A stretch of DNA of 37,853 nt. Origin: a virus (lineage: Duplodnaviria > Heunggongvirae > Uroviricota > Caudoviricetes). The stretch lies in IMG/VR virus record IMGVR_UViG_2851971941_000003; one strand, given 5' to 3'. Shown in pieces: positions 26,501-35,005 of this stretch (its first letter is position 1; each line of letters opens with the position of its first letter). The notes beneath the pieces are model-generated. The model had not been told where the DNA came from, ran no database searches, and saw only the letters and a list, made by a program, of their open reading frames with translations. The position numbers were made by a program, and so were the translations under genes.

Positions 26501-27331
26501 TCAATGAACGGTATCGAGCAGCTTTAACAGCTCAGGGAATCGGGATTCGAAGAAATGCGGCTGCGTCTCGCGCGGATTTGCGGGACTGGTGATGTTCTTG
26601 CCGAACATGCAGCCTTTCGCTGTCAGCGACCAGAATTTTTTGATGTTGTTAATCGCGGTACGGCTGTATCGTTCGCGTTGTTCAACGATCCCCAGCTTCA
26701 CCATCTGGTGATATGCCTGATTAGCCGTCAGGCGGATACCATACTGCTTCAGCAGTGCACTCAGCGACAGCGTGGGGCGACTTGAGCCATCGTGTGCATC
26801 AGCAGGAGCATCAATGGCATAGCGCGGTGCCAGATTCGGTAAGCCAACAGCCTCCTGGAGTTTCTGACAGGCCCCAAGCACAGATGAGTTAGACAGGTTT
26901 AACTCCCGACGCATAAAGTCCAGCAGAATCACTCCAGCCTGCATCTTGTCAGCAGCCTGTCCGGATAATTTTTCCGGTGCGCTGGTTACCATGTCGAAAG
27001 TACGGATCACCTTCAGATGGAATGACGGGCTGATCCACATTGCATAGGCATACACCAGTTCCTTACAGACATACGTCCCCTGATTATTTCCGCCGCGAAT
27101 AACGTTAACTGGCTCTATATTGACCGAGTTGCAAATCTGCAACTCGCTTATTAAACGTTCAGTTTGCTCATTGCGGAGCCAGAATGCAGGCTTATGCTTA
27201 TCCAGAGAACCGGCAGCCCTGTGCAGATCGTTCAGGCTGTAACGCCCATAAGCATCACGACGAACTTCAATACCATCAATGACCATCAGATTATTCATAC
27301 TTCGTTTCTCCTCTTGATCAGGCGGCTGCAC
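26501..27331 (-). CDS. KilA-N domain protein (antirepressor-like)
   Basis: 276 aa; N-terminal YSLNDLHRAAG...KPAFWLRNEQT is typical of KilA-N. Confidence 0.6.
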   Translation of the reverse strand: MQPPDQEEKRSMNNLMVIDGIEVRRDAYGRYSLNDLHRAAGSLDKHKPAFWLRNEQTERLISELQICNSVNIEPVNVIRGGNNQGTYVCKELVYAYAMWISPSFHLKVIRTFDMVTSAPEKLSGQAADKMQAGVILLDFMRRELNLSNSSVLGACQKLQEAVGLPNLAPRYAIDAPADAHDGSSRPTLSLSALLKQYGIRLTANQAYHQMVKLGIVEQRERYSRTAINNIKKFWSLTAKGCMFGKNITSPANPRETQPHFFESRFPELLKLLDTVH

Positions 27332-27707
27332 CCGCCGTTTTCTCGTACTTACTGATAGTGATCTCGACCTTCCCTTCCGGGATAACCGGTCCCCACTCCA
27401 CCAGCATTCTTTTCACCTGGCTGTCGTCTTCCCACACACCCGCGTGGGTCAGGGCGTCAAACAGCGCCTTGTTATAGTTGTCCAGATCGCGGATCCGGTT
27501 ATCCGGAGGAAACAACACAATCTCCACTGAAGCAGGTGCCGACGTTGGTTTCGGCAGACGACGTAACTGCTCAACTATTGCTGCGCACGCCGCGCTCTGG
27601 AATTTTCGCCCCGCCGCACTTATCAGGCTCTTACCAGCGAATGCCCCTTTGTTGGGGTGTCGCCAGTAGGTGTTCACGCTGGGTGGAAAAGGCAGAATCA
27701 GCTTCAT
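27318..27707 (-). CDS. rusA: Holliday junction resolvase RusA
   Basis: 129 aa; N-terminus MKLILPFPPSVNTYW and the DLDNYNKALFDAL block are characteristic. Confidence 0.8.
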   Translation of the reverse strand: MKLILPFPPSVNTYWRHPNKGAFAGKSLISAAGRKFQSAACAAIVEQLRRLPKPTSAPASVEIVLFPPDNRIRDLDNYNKALFDALTHAGVWEDDSQVKRMLVEWGPVIPEGKVEITISKYEKTAGAAA

Positions 27708-28030
27708 ACTTTCACCCCCCTCTCATGTAACCAGTGGGCTGCACGCAGCCTGGCGTTTTCCTCACCGGCAAGCAGTGAGCGGATAATCCCGACCGCCTCG
27801 CTGTCGTCATCCTTCACCGCGGTATGAAGCGTGATGCCCCGGGCCACGCCACGCTTTATCGTGATGACGCCTTTTTTCTCCAGTGCGCGAAGATGCTCCA
27901 CCGCTGCATTCACTGAACGGTATCCCAGCATGGTAGCCACCTCCTGATTGCTTGGCGGGAAGCCACGTTCTTTCTGGTAAGAAATCAGCATATCCAGCAC
28001 CTGCTGCTGGCATTGAGTTAACGTCGTCAT
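27704..28030 (-). CDS. LexA-like N-terminal winged-helix DNA-binding protein without peptidase domain
   Basis: Likely start at the internal Met (MTTLTQCQQQVLDMLISYQKERGFPPSNQEVATMLGYRSVNAAVEHLRALEKKGVI), which resembles the LexA DNA-binding domain from memory. Confidence 0.5.
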   Translation of the reverse strand: MTTLTQCQQQVLDMLISYQKERGFPPSNQEVATMLGYRSVNAAVEHLRALEKKGVITIKRGVARGITLHTAVKDDDSEAVGIIRSLLAGEENARLRAAHWLHERGVKV

Positions 28031-28518
28031 TAAGCCCCCACGTAATTCCCTGACAGATACCACTCTTCACCCGATGCAGCGCGCTTGCTGCTTTTCCGTA
28101 AGCACCGCTCACGACGCGCCAGAAAATTGTTTCGTTCTGGCTGGGAGTGGCTTTCACGGAATGCCTCCATCCACACCGTTGCAGCTCGACGGAATAAGCC
28201 CCTGGACTCCAGTTCTTCAGCCTGGCGGGTCAGGCACAAAATCGCCCGGGGGTCGTTAGTGCCGACATAGAAATTGCGCACAGGTCTGGTTTCACAAACT
28301 GGTTCCGGCTCCTGCGATATCTCAGCCTGGCGCGGGAAATGTCTGCGTGTATCCTCTTCACAACGGTGAGCCACACGCCCACTCTGACGTAACTTGCTTG
28401 CTGACTGCAGAACTCGCTGCCGTGAGTAACCTGCAAAAGCATCCGCAATGTCTCCGGAAGTACACCCCGGATGGGCTTCAATGAATTTCTGAACGTCATT
28501 CAAAAGACTCATGCTCAC
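28030..28518 (-). CDS. Hypothetical phage early protein
   Basis: 162 aa ORF co-directional and tightly packed between the replication and LexA-like genes. Confidence 0.45.
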   Translation of the reverse strand: MSMSLLNDVQKFIEAHPGCTSGDIADAFAGYSRQRVLQSASKLRQSGRVAHRCEEDTRRHFPRQAEISQEPEPVCETRPVRNFYVGTNDPRAILCLTRQAEELESRGLFRRAATVWMEAFRESHSQPERNNFLARRERCLRKSSKRAASGEEWYLSGNYVGA

Positions 28519-29456
28519 CCCCTGAATCCTGCCGGGATCTGGCTGTAGTCCACATTGTCGTAACTGGCTTTGAAGTACGGGTCTTCGCGTTTTTCTGTGT
28601 GCGTGCTGACGGACGGCGATAAGCGCAGGGAAAGCTCATCCCATTTTTCCCGCAACTTCGACGGGCTGAGCACGTTACGGCACCAGAACGGATCGCGGCT
28701 GACGCGGCTGTACATCTCGCAGATTTGTTTGTGAGTACGACCATCCTGCACACACATCAGGCGAATTTCGTTTGCCCAGGCTGTCCAGTTCGGTTCTTTG
28801 GGACGAACCACCTCGCCGTCACATTCGGCAGCCTGCTCGTACAGGGCGATGATTTTTTTCCAGAGCCACTGTGCGCAGATCAAATCATCCGGCGTTCCCC
28901 ACTGGCGCTTTTTAGGGCTGAATACAACCGCATCAGGATGGCGAGTTAAAAAATCCTGTTCATCCGTCTGCGTGTCCGGTTGCGAAGCGTCCGGACGAGA
29001 AGGTTTTTTATCTGACGGATCATGTTTTGATTTTACTGACGGATCCCCGCCAGATTCTGACGGGTGAAAACCCGATTTTTTGCCAGATTTCGACGCATCA
29101 AATTTTGACGGGTCAGATTTTGATGCGTCAGATTTTGACGGGTCAGAATCTGACAGTTGAGAAAATGCCGCTGCCTGAAGCTTCGCAACGTTAAGCTGAT
29201 AAACATTCGACGCATTGCGGTTACCCTGGCGACGCGCCTTACGCGTTAACCAGCCTTCTGCTTCCAGCCGTGCGATAGCCGTTCTGACGGTACTCATCCC
29301 CGCGCCAATCTGGCGGGCAATAGTTTCAATTGATGGCCAGCACACACCTTCGTCATTACTGAAATCAGCCAGGCGGGCCATAATTGCCACACTGGATAAT
29401 TTCATGCCTGACGCTGCGCAACCATCCCATACATAGCCGGTTAATTTAGTGCTCAT
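28515..29456 (-). CDS. Replication initiation protein (O-like, N-terminal HTH) containing origin-like iterons
   Basis: 313 aa; N-terminal HTH-like region; central low-complexity repeats (DPSKSDASKSDPSKFDASKS) encoded by tandem 15-bp DNA repeats. Confidence 0.6.
   Translation of the reverse strand: MSTKLTGYVWDGCAASGMKLSSVAIMARLADFSNDEGVCWPSIETIARQIGAGMSTVRTAIARLEAEGWLTRKARRQGNRNASNVYQLNVAKLQAAAFSQLSDSDPSKSDASKSDPSKFDASKSGKKSGFHPSESGGDPSVKSKHDPSDKKPSRPDASQPDTQTDEQDFLTRHPDAVVFSPKKRQWGTPDDLICAQWLWKKIIALYEQAAECDGEVVRPKEPNWTAWANEIRLMCVQDGRTHKQICEMYSRVSRDPFWCRNVLSPSKLREKWDELSLRLSPSVSTHTEKREDPYFKASYDNVDYSQIPAGFRG
29040..29156. repeat. Tandem 15-bp direct repeats (about 7 copies, consensus tcagattttgacggg): candidate replication-origin iterons
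   Basis: Read directly from sequence; in-frame within the O-like gene, as lambda ori lies within O. Confidence 0.55.
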
Positions 29457-29465
29457 GACCGACCT

Positions 29466-29804
29466 CTATTTCCCTGAATTTACGACGAAACTGTTCGAGC
29501 GGGCTGAAGCACTCATGCTCATAGCCTTCTCGGAGATAGATAACCCGTTGTGTTTCCGGCTCCCAACGAATGACTCTGACGGGCACTCCGTAGTGATCTT
29601 TGAACCAGCGGTTAACTTCTCGCAAAGGACTGTCTCCTTCTGCCGGTTGAAATCACCCACAGCCCACTCAGCAAAGCTGTGGGTTACAATTTCCCTGTCA
29701 CCTGGTACATTCACTGCATAGCAATACTCCACCTTCGCTTTTCCACCCGGTACAGGAAGCGCAATCAGTTGCGAGCGACGGTAGTGTGTTGTTAAACTGT
29801 TCAT
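29466..29804 (-). CDS. Hypothetical protein
   Basis: 112 aa ORF filling the gap between the regulatory gene and the replication gene; start uncertain. Confidence 0.3.
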   Translation of the reverse strand: MNSLTTHYRRSQLIALPVPGGKAKVEYCYAVNVPGDREIVTHSFAEWAVGDFNRQKETVLCEKLTAGSKITTECPSESFVGSRKHNGLSISEKAMSMSASARSNSFVVNSGK

Positions 29805-30364
29805 GCGTTAGTTTCTCCACAGTCACGACACGCCACGGCGCCCGGAGCTGCACACTCGCGGGCGTCATTACTTTCTGAAATGCAAAAGATTTTGTAGACC
29901 AGTGCTGCATGCTCCTGCAGCTTCGAAATTGAGAGATACAGCTCGTCGTTAATTGCTGTCTTCTCATGCGGTTCCACTACACCGTCTTCGATTGCTGAAC
30001 GAATCTGTCTGGAATAACTGCCAATCTGTTCAATGACTTCCAGCAGGCGCTGGTTGATATCAGCGTTGTCCACATCCTCGACGTCAGGAAGAGACACAAA
30101 GACGCCATTTGCAGACTGCGCCACAGCATCAGCAATGAAGTGAGTGCCACCAGCACGCTGTAAAACCATTGCCCATCCCAGCGGGAAAATCTGATCGCCA
30201 TCTGCACGAAGGCGGTTGAATAAAGCGTTTTCTGTTACATCGAGCCAGTCAGCCGCTTCAGCGTAACCCCCCGGCAACGCCGCGATAGTTTTTCTGACAG
30301 CTTTCACGTACCACTCAGGCTGTTTTTCTATTTTCCAGTGATGCTTACCCACGATTAGCCTCAT
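29801..30364 (-). CDS. Early regulatory protein in the cII position, function uncertain
   Basis: 187 aa directly downstream of the cro-like gene; C-terminal Cys-rich tail. Confidence 0.4.
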   Translation of the reverse strand: MRLIVGKHHWKIEKQPEWYVKAVRKTIAALPGGYAEAADWLDVTENALFNRLRADGDQIFPLGWAMVLQRAGGTHFIADAVAQSANGVFVSLPDVEDVDNADINQRLLEVIEQIGSYSRQIRSAIEDGVVEPHEKTAINDELYLSISKLQEHAALVYKIFCISESNDARECAAPGAVACRDCGETNA

Positions 30365-30395
30365 CGTTCTGTGGTTAAAAATTGAAAGTGTTCTG

Positions 30396-30596
30396 CTAAT
30401 CTTTCGGATAGATATCCGGTCTTAAGTCAGATTTCGTAATTGCACCTGACGTGCATTGCTCAAGTTTTTTAGCCAGCACAAAACTGGCTTTTTTATAGCC
30501 ATTGAAAACCAGCCGTAAGTAGCCAGGTGTTGAGCCAACTTTTCCGGCCAACTCGCCCTGCTGTTCTTTGGTTAAAGAGTCCCAATACGCTTTCAT
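30396..30596 (-). CDS. Cro-like small HTH regulator
   Basis: 66 aa from the internal ATG (MKAYWDSLTKEQQGELAGKVGSTPGYLRLVFNGYKK...), with GGAGG 8-9 nt upstream; divergent from the repressor gene. Confidence 0.6.
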   Translation of the reverse strand: MKAYWDSLTKEQQGELAGKVGSTPGYLRLVFNGYKKASFVLAKKLEQCTSGAITKSDLRPDIYPKD

Positions 30597-30601
30597 ACAA
30601 T

Positions 30602-30620
30602 ATGTACCTCCGGTATACAT
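30602..30620. promoter_or_regulatory. Candidate operator (imperfect palindrome ATGTACC-N5-TATACAT)
   Basis: In the cI/cro intergenic region; same half-site as the other operator candidates; overlaps the cro ribosome-binding region. Confidence 0.4.
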
Positions 30621-30650
30621 ATTACATGATTGAAATGAACCTTCAAGATA

Positions 30651-30671
30651 CTTGTACCTTAACGGTACAAG
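30651..30671. promoter_or_regulatory. Candidate operator (perfect palindrome CTTGTACC-ttaac-GGTACAAG)
   Basis: 8-bp perfect inverted repeat with 5-bp spacer between the divergent cI and cro starts. Confidence 0.45.
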
Positions 30672-30686
30672 GGTTTTAATTTTGTT

Positions 30687-31361
30687 ATGAAAACAATCCA
30701 TGACATCCGGCGGTCTAACGCCAGAAAACTGAGAGATGGTGTTGGCGGGAATTCTTCCTTTGCCACTATGATTGATCGCGAGCCAACCCAGACCAGCAGG
30801 TTTATGGGAGATGGTGCTACTAAAAATATCGGTGACAGCATGGCACGACACATCGAAAAATGTTTCGACCTGCCTGTCGGATGGCTCGATCAAGAACACC
30901 AGACAACGAACATCACAAAAAAACCTGATGTTTCAATCACTAATAAACAAATCACATTAGTCCCTGTCATATCATGGGTACAGGCCGGAGCATGGAAAGA
31001 AGTTGGATATTCTGAGGTTGATTTGAGCACAGCAGAAACGTATCCCTGCCCTGTCCCCTGTGGGGAAATGACTTATATCTTGCGGGTGATAGGTGATTCA
31101 ATGATTGATGAGTACCGCCCGGGAGACATGATTTTTGTCGATCCTGAAGTACCTGCCTGCCACGGTGACGACGTTATTGCATTGATGCACGATACAGGTG
31201 AAACCACCTTCAAAAGGTTGATAGAAGATGGGACACAGCGTTATCTCAAAGCGTTAAACCCAAACTGGCCTGAGCCTTACATTAAGATCAACGGTAATTG
31301 CTCTATAATTGGTACAGTGATTTTCTCAGGAAAACCAAGAAGATACAAAATCAAAGCCTAA
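30687..31361 (+). CDS. CI-type prophage repressor (HTH plus S24 LexA-like autopeptidase domain)
   Basis: 224 aa; C-terminal S24-like region with the GDSM serine motif (RVIGDSMIDEY), found in lambda CI/LexA-type repressors. Confidence 0.85.
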   Translation: MKTIHDIRRSNARKLRDGVGGNSSFATMIDREPTQTSRFMGDGATKNIGDSMARHIEKCFDLPVGWLDQEHQTTNITKKPDVSITNKQITLVPVISWVQAGAWKEVGYSEVDLSTAETYPCPVPCGEMTYILRVIGDSMIDEYRPGDMIFVDPEVPACHGDDVIALMHDTGETTFKRLIEDGTQRYLKALNPNWPEPYIKINGNCSIIGTVIFSGKPRRYKIKA

Positions 31362-31373
31362 TCAATGTTTATG

Positions 31374-31396
31374 AACCTGCTTCGGCAGGTTTTTTT
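31374..31396 (+). terminator. Rho-independent terminator after the repressor gene
   Basis: aacctgc-ttcg-gcaggtt hairpin followed by seven T. Confidence 0.55.
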
Positions 31397-31400
31397 ATAC

Positions 31401-31429
31401 TTGACAATGTACCTTTGAGATACATAATG
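31401..31429 (+). promoter_or_regulatory. pL-like promoter with overlapping operator
   Basis: Consensus -35 TTGACA, 16-17 bp spacer, -10 CATAAT. The operator-like palindrome ATGTACC-N5-GATACAT (31407-31425) sits in the spacer and a further ATGTACC follows at 31427-31433. Confidence 0.45.
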
Positions 31430-31554
31430 TACCCAAGCGAAACAACAAACAGGCAGGTCGTCCACGAAGTAGCCCCCTGGAGCATATGAAGTCCAGGATG
31501 ATTCGTTGAGTCATGTTGTGCCACTAGGCACTCATGTTAAAGCAGGTGTATGAA

Positions 31555-31830
31555 ATGAAAGTCCAGATTTTAAACAATAACTGTGAAGTCGTTTGGTCAT
31601 ACGACATAGCCGCCCCTGTAGATCAGAGCGGCGATAGCTGGACCAATGGGAAACATCAGATTATGGCTGGAGTTGTGTTCTCTTTACGCCGTGCTTTGGA
31701 ACAGGCTGAAGTATTTCCATCAGACCCTGAATGGAAATGGCCTTTTTCTATTTGTCCAAATTCGGAGAGCACATTTCAGAAAATTGGTCAGAAAGTCGCA
31801 CTCGAAGAGCATCAGCCAACTGTTTCCTGA
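31555..31830 (+). CDS. Hypothetical immunity-region protein (rex-slot), first gene after the pL-like promoter
   Basis: ORF with AGGTG 6 nt upstream of the internal ATG at 31555; AT-rich; no recognisable family. Confidence 0.4.
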   Translation: MKVQILNNNCEVVWSYDIAAPVDQSGDSWTNGKHQIMAGVVFSLRRALEQAEVFPSDPEWKWPFSICPNSESTFQKIGQKVALEEHQPTVS

Positions 31831-31993
31831 TTTTTTCAGGTAACTCGTCGGCATCGCAGAAACAACAACGCTCGATCATGTTGAAAGCCGATTCGTAGAA
31901 CTGTTTCTGCTGAGTGTCGCTGAGACAGGAAAAGAGCGACGTTACGATGATTTTATTAATTGCATTATCAAGTTCTTTTTCATCAAAAGTCAT
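31748..31993 (-). CDS. Hypothetical protein convergent with and overlapping the preceding ORF
   Basis: 81 aa, GGAA 7 nt upstream of the ATG; Cys-containing (CCFCDADE). Confidence 0.35.
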   Translation of the reverse strand: MTFDEKELDNAINKIIVTSLFSCLSDTQQKQFYESAFNMIERCCFCDADELPEKIRKQLADALRVRLSDQFSEMCSPNLDK

Positions 31994-32248
31994 TTGATTT
32001 TCCTTTTATGTATACGGGCTTAAAAGGATACCACCGAGCCTGAAGTGGTGAAAAGACAGGCACATAACAGCTAAGTATTTTCAACCAAAGAGAATCCTTA
32101 GCGTTGTGGTGAATGCGGCTCAGCGCACGCGGGTTAAGGTTGAGGCTGACAGTCGACCTTCTGTGGATACCCACCCGCCTGGTGTGCAACCTTCGCCAGG
32201 CACCGGGAGGCACCCGGCACCACAACTTTATGCTGTGTGTAGTCCTGG

Positions 32249-32294
32249 CGGTACCAGCTTGTACCCTTGCTTCCGGCTGGTACCGTCCTTTTTA
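32249..32294 (+). terminator. Rho-independent terminator in the early-left leader
   Basis: 10-bp stem cggtaccagc/gctggtaccg with 17-nt loop, followed by tcctttttac. Confidence 0.5.
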
Positions 32295-32382
32295 CAAAAC
32301 AGAGAAGAGCATCACCGGACGACGGGCTCATAACCCAATCCATCCGGGCGGCTGCCACCGCAGGTGTTCTTCTCTGTTTTGT
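32294..32382. repeat. 15-bp perfect inverted repeat (acaaaacagagaaga / tcttctctgttttgt) enclosing a 59-nt GC-rich core
   Basis: Read directly from sequence; immediately upstream of the first early-left gene. Confidence 0.5.
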
Positions 32383-32430
32383 GGAGAAACTAATCGGCCT
32401 TGCAGGGTCGATATGATGAGGAGCAGCAAA

Positions 32431-32793
32431 ATGGCTAGCGAACGCAGTACTGATGTGCAGGCATTTATCGGGGAGCTGGACGGCGGCGTATTTGAAACCA
32501 AAATCGGCGCAGTTCTCAGTGAAGTCGCTTCCGGTGTGATGAACACGAAAACCAAAGGTAAGGTCTCACTCAACCTGGAAATCGAACCATTTGATGAGAA
32601 CCGTGTGAAAATCAAACACAAACTCTCATATGTTCGCCCGACTAACCGCGGGAAAATTTCCGAAGAAGACACCACCGAAACGCCGATGTATGTCAATCGC
32701 GGTGGTCGCCTGACTATTCTGCAGGAAGACCAGGGACAGTTACTGACTCTTGCCGGTGAACCTGACGGAAAACTCCGCGCAGCAGGTCGTTAA
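32431..32793 (+). CDS. YfdP-like hypothetical protein
   Basis: 120 aa from the ATG preceded by GAGGAG; same length and position as yfdP in the K-12 CPS-53 remnant, from memory. Confidence 0.5.
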   Translation: MASERSTDVQAFIGELDGGVFETKIGAVLSEVASGVMNTKTKGKVSLNLEIEPFDENRVKIKHKLSYVRPTNRGKISEEDTTETPMYVNRGGRLTILQEDQGQLLTLAGEPDGKLRAAGR

Positions 32794-32858
32794 TATCGTT
32801 TTTAATTAACTGATTATTTATCTCATCACTGAATATCTTTATATAGTGAGGACTTATT

Positions 32859-33683
32859 ATGTCTCAGAACTTAGACGCAACCGCAATTAATCAAATCCAT
32901 GCCCTTATTTCTGCTCAGGGTGTTAATGAAATTATCAGTAAGATTGGTGCCGATGCTGTGGCATTGCCTGAGAATTTCCGCATTCATGATCTGGAAAAAT
33001 TTAATTTAAATCGCTTCCGTTTCCGTGGTGCGCTTTCCACTGCCAGCATCGATGACTTTACCCGTTATTCTAAAGATCTTGCAGATGAAGGCACCCGCTG
33101 CTTTATCGATGCTGATAATATGCGTGCCGTCAGTGTGCTTAACCTGGGTACTATTGATGAACCAGGTCACGCAGATAACACCGCCACACTCAAACTGAAA
33201 AAGACAGCACCGTTCTCTGCTCTGTTGTCTGTTAACGGCGAGCGTAACTCCCAGAAGTCACTGGCAGAATGGATTGAAGACTGGGCCGACTATCTTGTGG
33301 GCTTTGATGCTAATGGTGACGCTATTCAGGCAACAAAAGCGGCTGCGGCTGTCCGTAAAATCACGATTGAAGCAAACCAGACCGCTGATTTTGAAGATAA
33401 TGACTTCAGCGGCAAACGCTCCCTGATGGAGTCTGTCGAAGCGAAGACCAAAGACATTATGCCAGTGGCATTTGAATTTAAATGCGTTCCGTTTGAAGGT
33501 CTGAAAGAACGTCCGTTTAAATTACGCCTCAGTATTATCACTGGCGATCGTCCTGTACTGGTTCTGCGCATTATTCAGCTGGAGGCGGTGCAGGAAGAAA
33601 TGGCTAACGAATTTCGTGATCTGCTTGTTGAGAAATTCAAGGACAGCAAAGTAGAAACCTTTATTGGTACTTTCACCGCCTGA
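32859..33683 (+). CDS. yfdQ: YfdQ-like protein (DUF2303)
   Basis: 274 aa; length and sequence recalled as CPS-53 YfdQ family. Confidence 0.7.
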   Translation: MSQNLDATAINQIHALISAQGVNEIISKIGADAVALPENFRIHDLEKFNLNRFRFRGALSTASIDDFTRYSKDLADEGTRCFIDADNMRAVSVLNLGTIDEPGHADNTATLKLKKTAPFSALLSVNGERNSQKSLAEWIEDWADYLVGFDANGDAIQATKAAAAVRKITIEANQTADFEDNDFSGKRSLMESVEAKTKDIMPVAFEFKCVPFEGLKERPFKLRLSIITGDRPVLVLRIIQLEAVQEEMANEFRDLLVEKFKDSKVETFIGTFTA

Positions 33684-33810
33684 TTTCATTACTGCATATG
33701 CCCCTGCGGGGGCATTTATGGAAACGTAATTTACTCAATAATCGCCGGATGGTGAGGGATTCTTTTTACCAGAATTCAGCGCGGTGCAGCGCATATACGT
33801 GGAGAACAAA

Positions 33811-34347
33811 ATGTCATTTATTAAAACTTTTTCCGGGAAGCATTTTTATTATGACAGGATAAATAAAGACGACATCGATATTAACGATATCGCGGTTTCC
33901 CTTTCAAATATCTGTCGCTTTGCCGGTCATCTTTCGCACTTCTACAGCGTCGCCCAACATGCGGTTCTTTGCAGCCAGCTGGTGCCGCAGGAATTTGCTT
34001 TTGAAGCGTTAATGCATGATGCAACAGAAGCGTATTGCCAGGACATTCCCGCACCACTGAAACGCCTTCTTCCTGACTATAAACAAATGGAAGAAAAAAT
34101 AGACGCCGTAATCCGTGAGAAATACGGGTTACCCCCAGTTATGAGTACGCCCGTGAAATATGCCGATCTCATCATGCTGGCAACCGAACGCCGCGATCTC
34201 GGGCTTGATGATGGCTCTTTCTGGCCTGTACTGGAAGGTATCCCGGCAACAGAGATGTTCAACGTGATTCCACTGGCACCGGGCCATGCCTACGGAATGT
34301 TTATGGAACGCTTTAACGAGTTATCGGAGTTACGCAAATGCGCATGA
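33811..34347 (+). CDS. yfdR: HD-domain 5'-deoxynucleotidase YfdR-like
   Basis: 178 aa from the ATG preceded by GGAGA; H...HD metal-binding motif (FAGHLSH...LMHDATEAY). Confidence 0.7.
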   Translation: MSFIKTFSGKHFYYDRINKDDIDINDIAVSLSNICRFAGHLSHFYSVAQHAVLCSQLVPQEFAFEALMHDATEAYCQDIPAPLKRLLPDYKQMEEKIDAVIREKYGLPPVMSTPVKYADLIMLATERRDLGLDDGSFWPVLEGIPATEMFNVIPLAPGHAYGMFMERFNELSELRKCA

Positions 34348-34700
34348 ATGTTTTCGAAATGGAAGGGTTTCTTCGTGGGAGATGTGTACCGCGAGATCTG
34401 AAAGTAAATGAAACAGATGCTGAATACCTGGTGCGTAAATTCGATGCGCTTGAAGCTAAATGTGCAGCACAGGAAAACAAAGTAATACCAGTGTCAACTG
34501 AACTGCCACCAGCAAATGAAAGTGTTTTGTTATTCGATGCTAACGGAGAAGGCTGGCTAATTGGCTGGCGTTCTCTCTGGTACACCTGGGGACAAAAAGA
34601 AACCGGAGAATGGCAGTGGACATTTCAGGTCGGGGACCTTGAAAACGTCAATATCACTCACTGGGCAGTAATGCCAAAAGCACCGGAGGCTGGAGCATAA
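34338..34700 (+). CDS. YfdS-like hypothetical protein
   Basis: 120 aa, overlapping the stop of the previous gene. Confidence 0.55.
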   Translation: MRMNVFEMEGFLRGRCVPRDLKVNETDAEYLVRKFDALEAKCAAQENKVIPVSTELPPANESVLLFDANGEGWLIGWRSLWYTWGQKETGEWQWTFQVGDLENVNITHWAVMPKAPEAGA

Positions 34701-35005
34701 TGACCACTTTTACCGACAAAGAACTGATTAAAGAAATTAAAGAGCGTATCAGCAGCCTTGACGTGCGAGACGATATTGAGCGCCGTGCTTATGAAATCGC
34801 ACTCCTATCTCTGGAAGTAGAACCAGATGAACGCGAAGCTTATGAATTATTCATGGAAAAGCGTTTCGGTGACTTAGTAGATCGTCGGAGAGCAAAAAAC
34901 GGCGATAACGAATACATGGCATGGGATATGACTCTCGGTTGGATCGTCTGGCAGCAACGAGCTGGTATCCATTTTTCAACAATGTCACAGCAAGAGGTGA
35001 AATAA
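34700..35005 (+). CDS. YfdT-like hypothetical protein
   Basis: 101 aa; translationally coupled to the next gene (TAATG). Confidence 0.55.
   Translation: MTTFTDKELIKEIKERISSLDVRDDIERRAYEIALLSLEVEPDEREAYELFMEKRFGDLVDRRRAKNGDNEYMAWDMTLGWIVWQQRAGIHFSTMSQQEVK

Noticed and set aside
29040-29156. Tandem repeats considered as a CRISPR array
   Set aside because: The unit is only 15 bp, there are no spacers, and the repeats are in-frame inside a coding gene; iterons fit better.
30597-30899. Upstream extension of the cro-like ORF (track 30396-30899)
   Set aside because: It would overlap the operator region and the divergent cI start; the internal ATG at 30596 with GGAGG upstream is the credible start.
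32113-32430. N-terminal 106 codons of the 226-aa track ORF
   Set aside because: This part covers the terminator and inverted-repeat structure and has no ribosome-binding site, whereas the ATG at 32431 has GAGGAG upstream; treated as noncoding leader.
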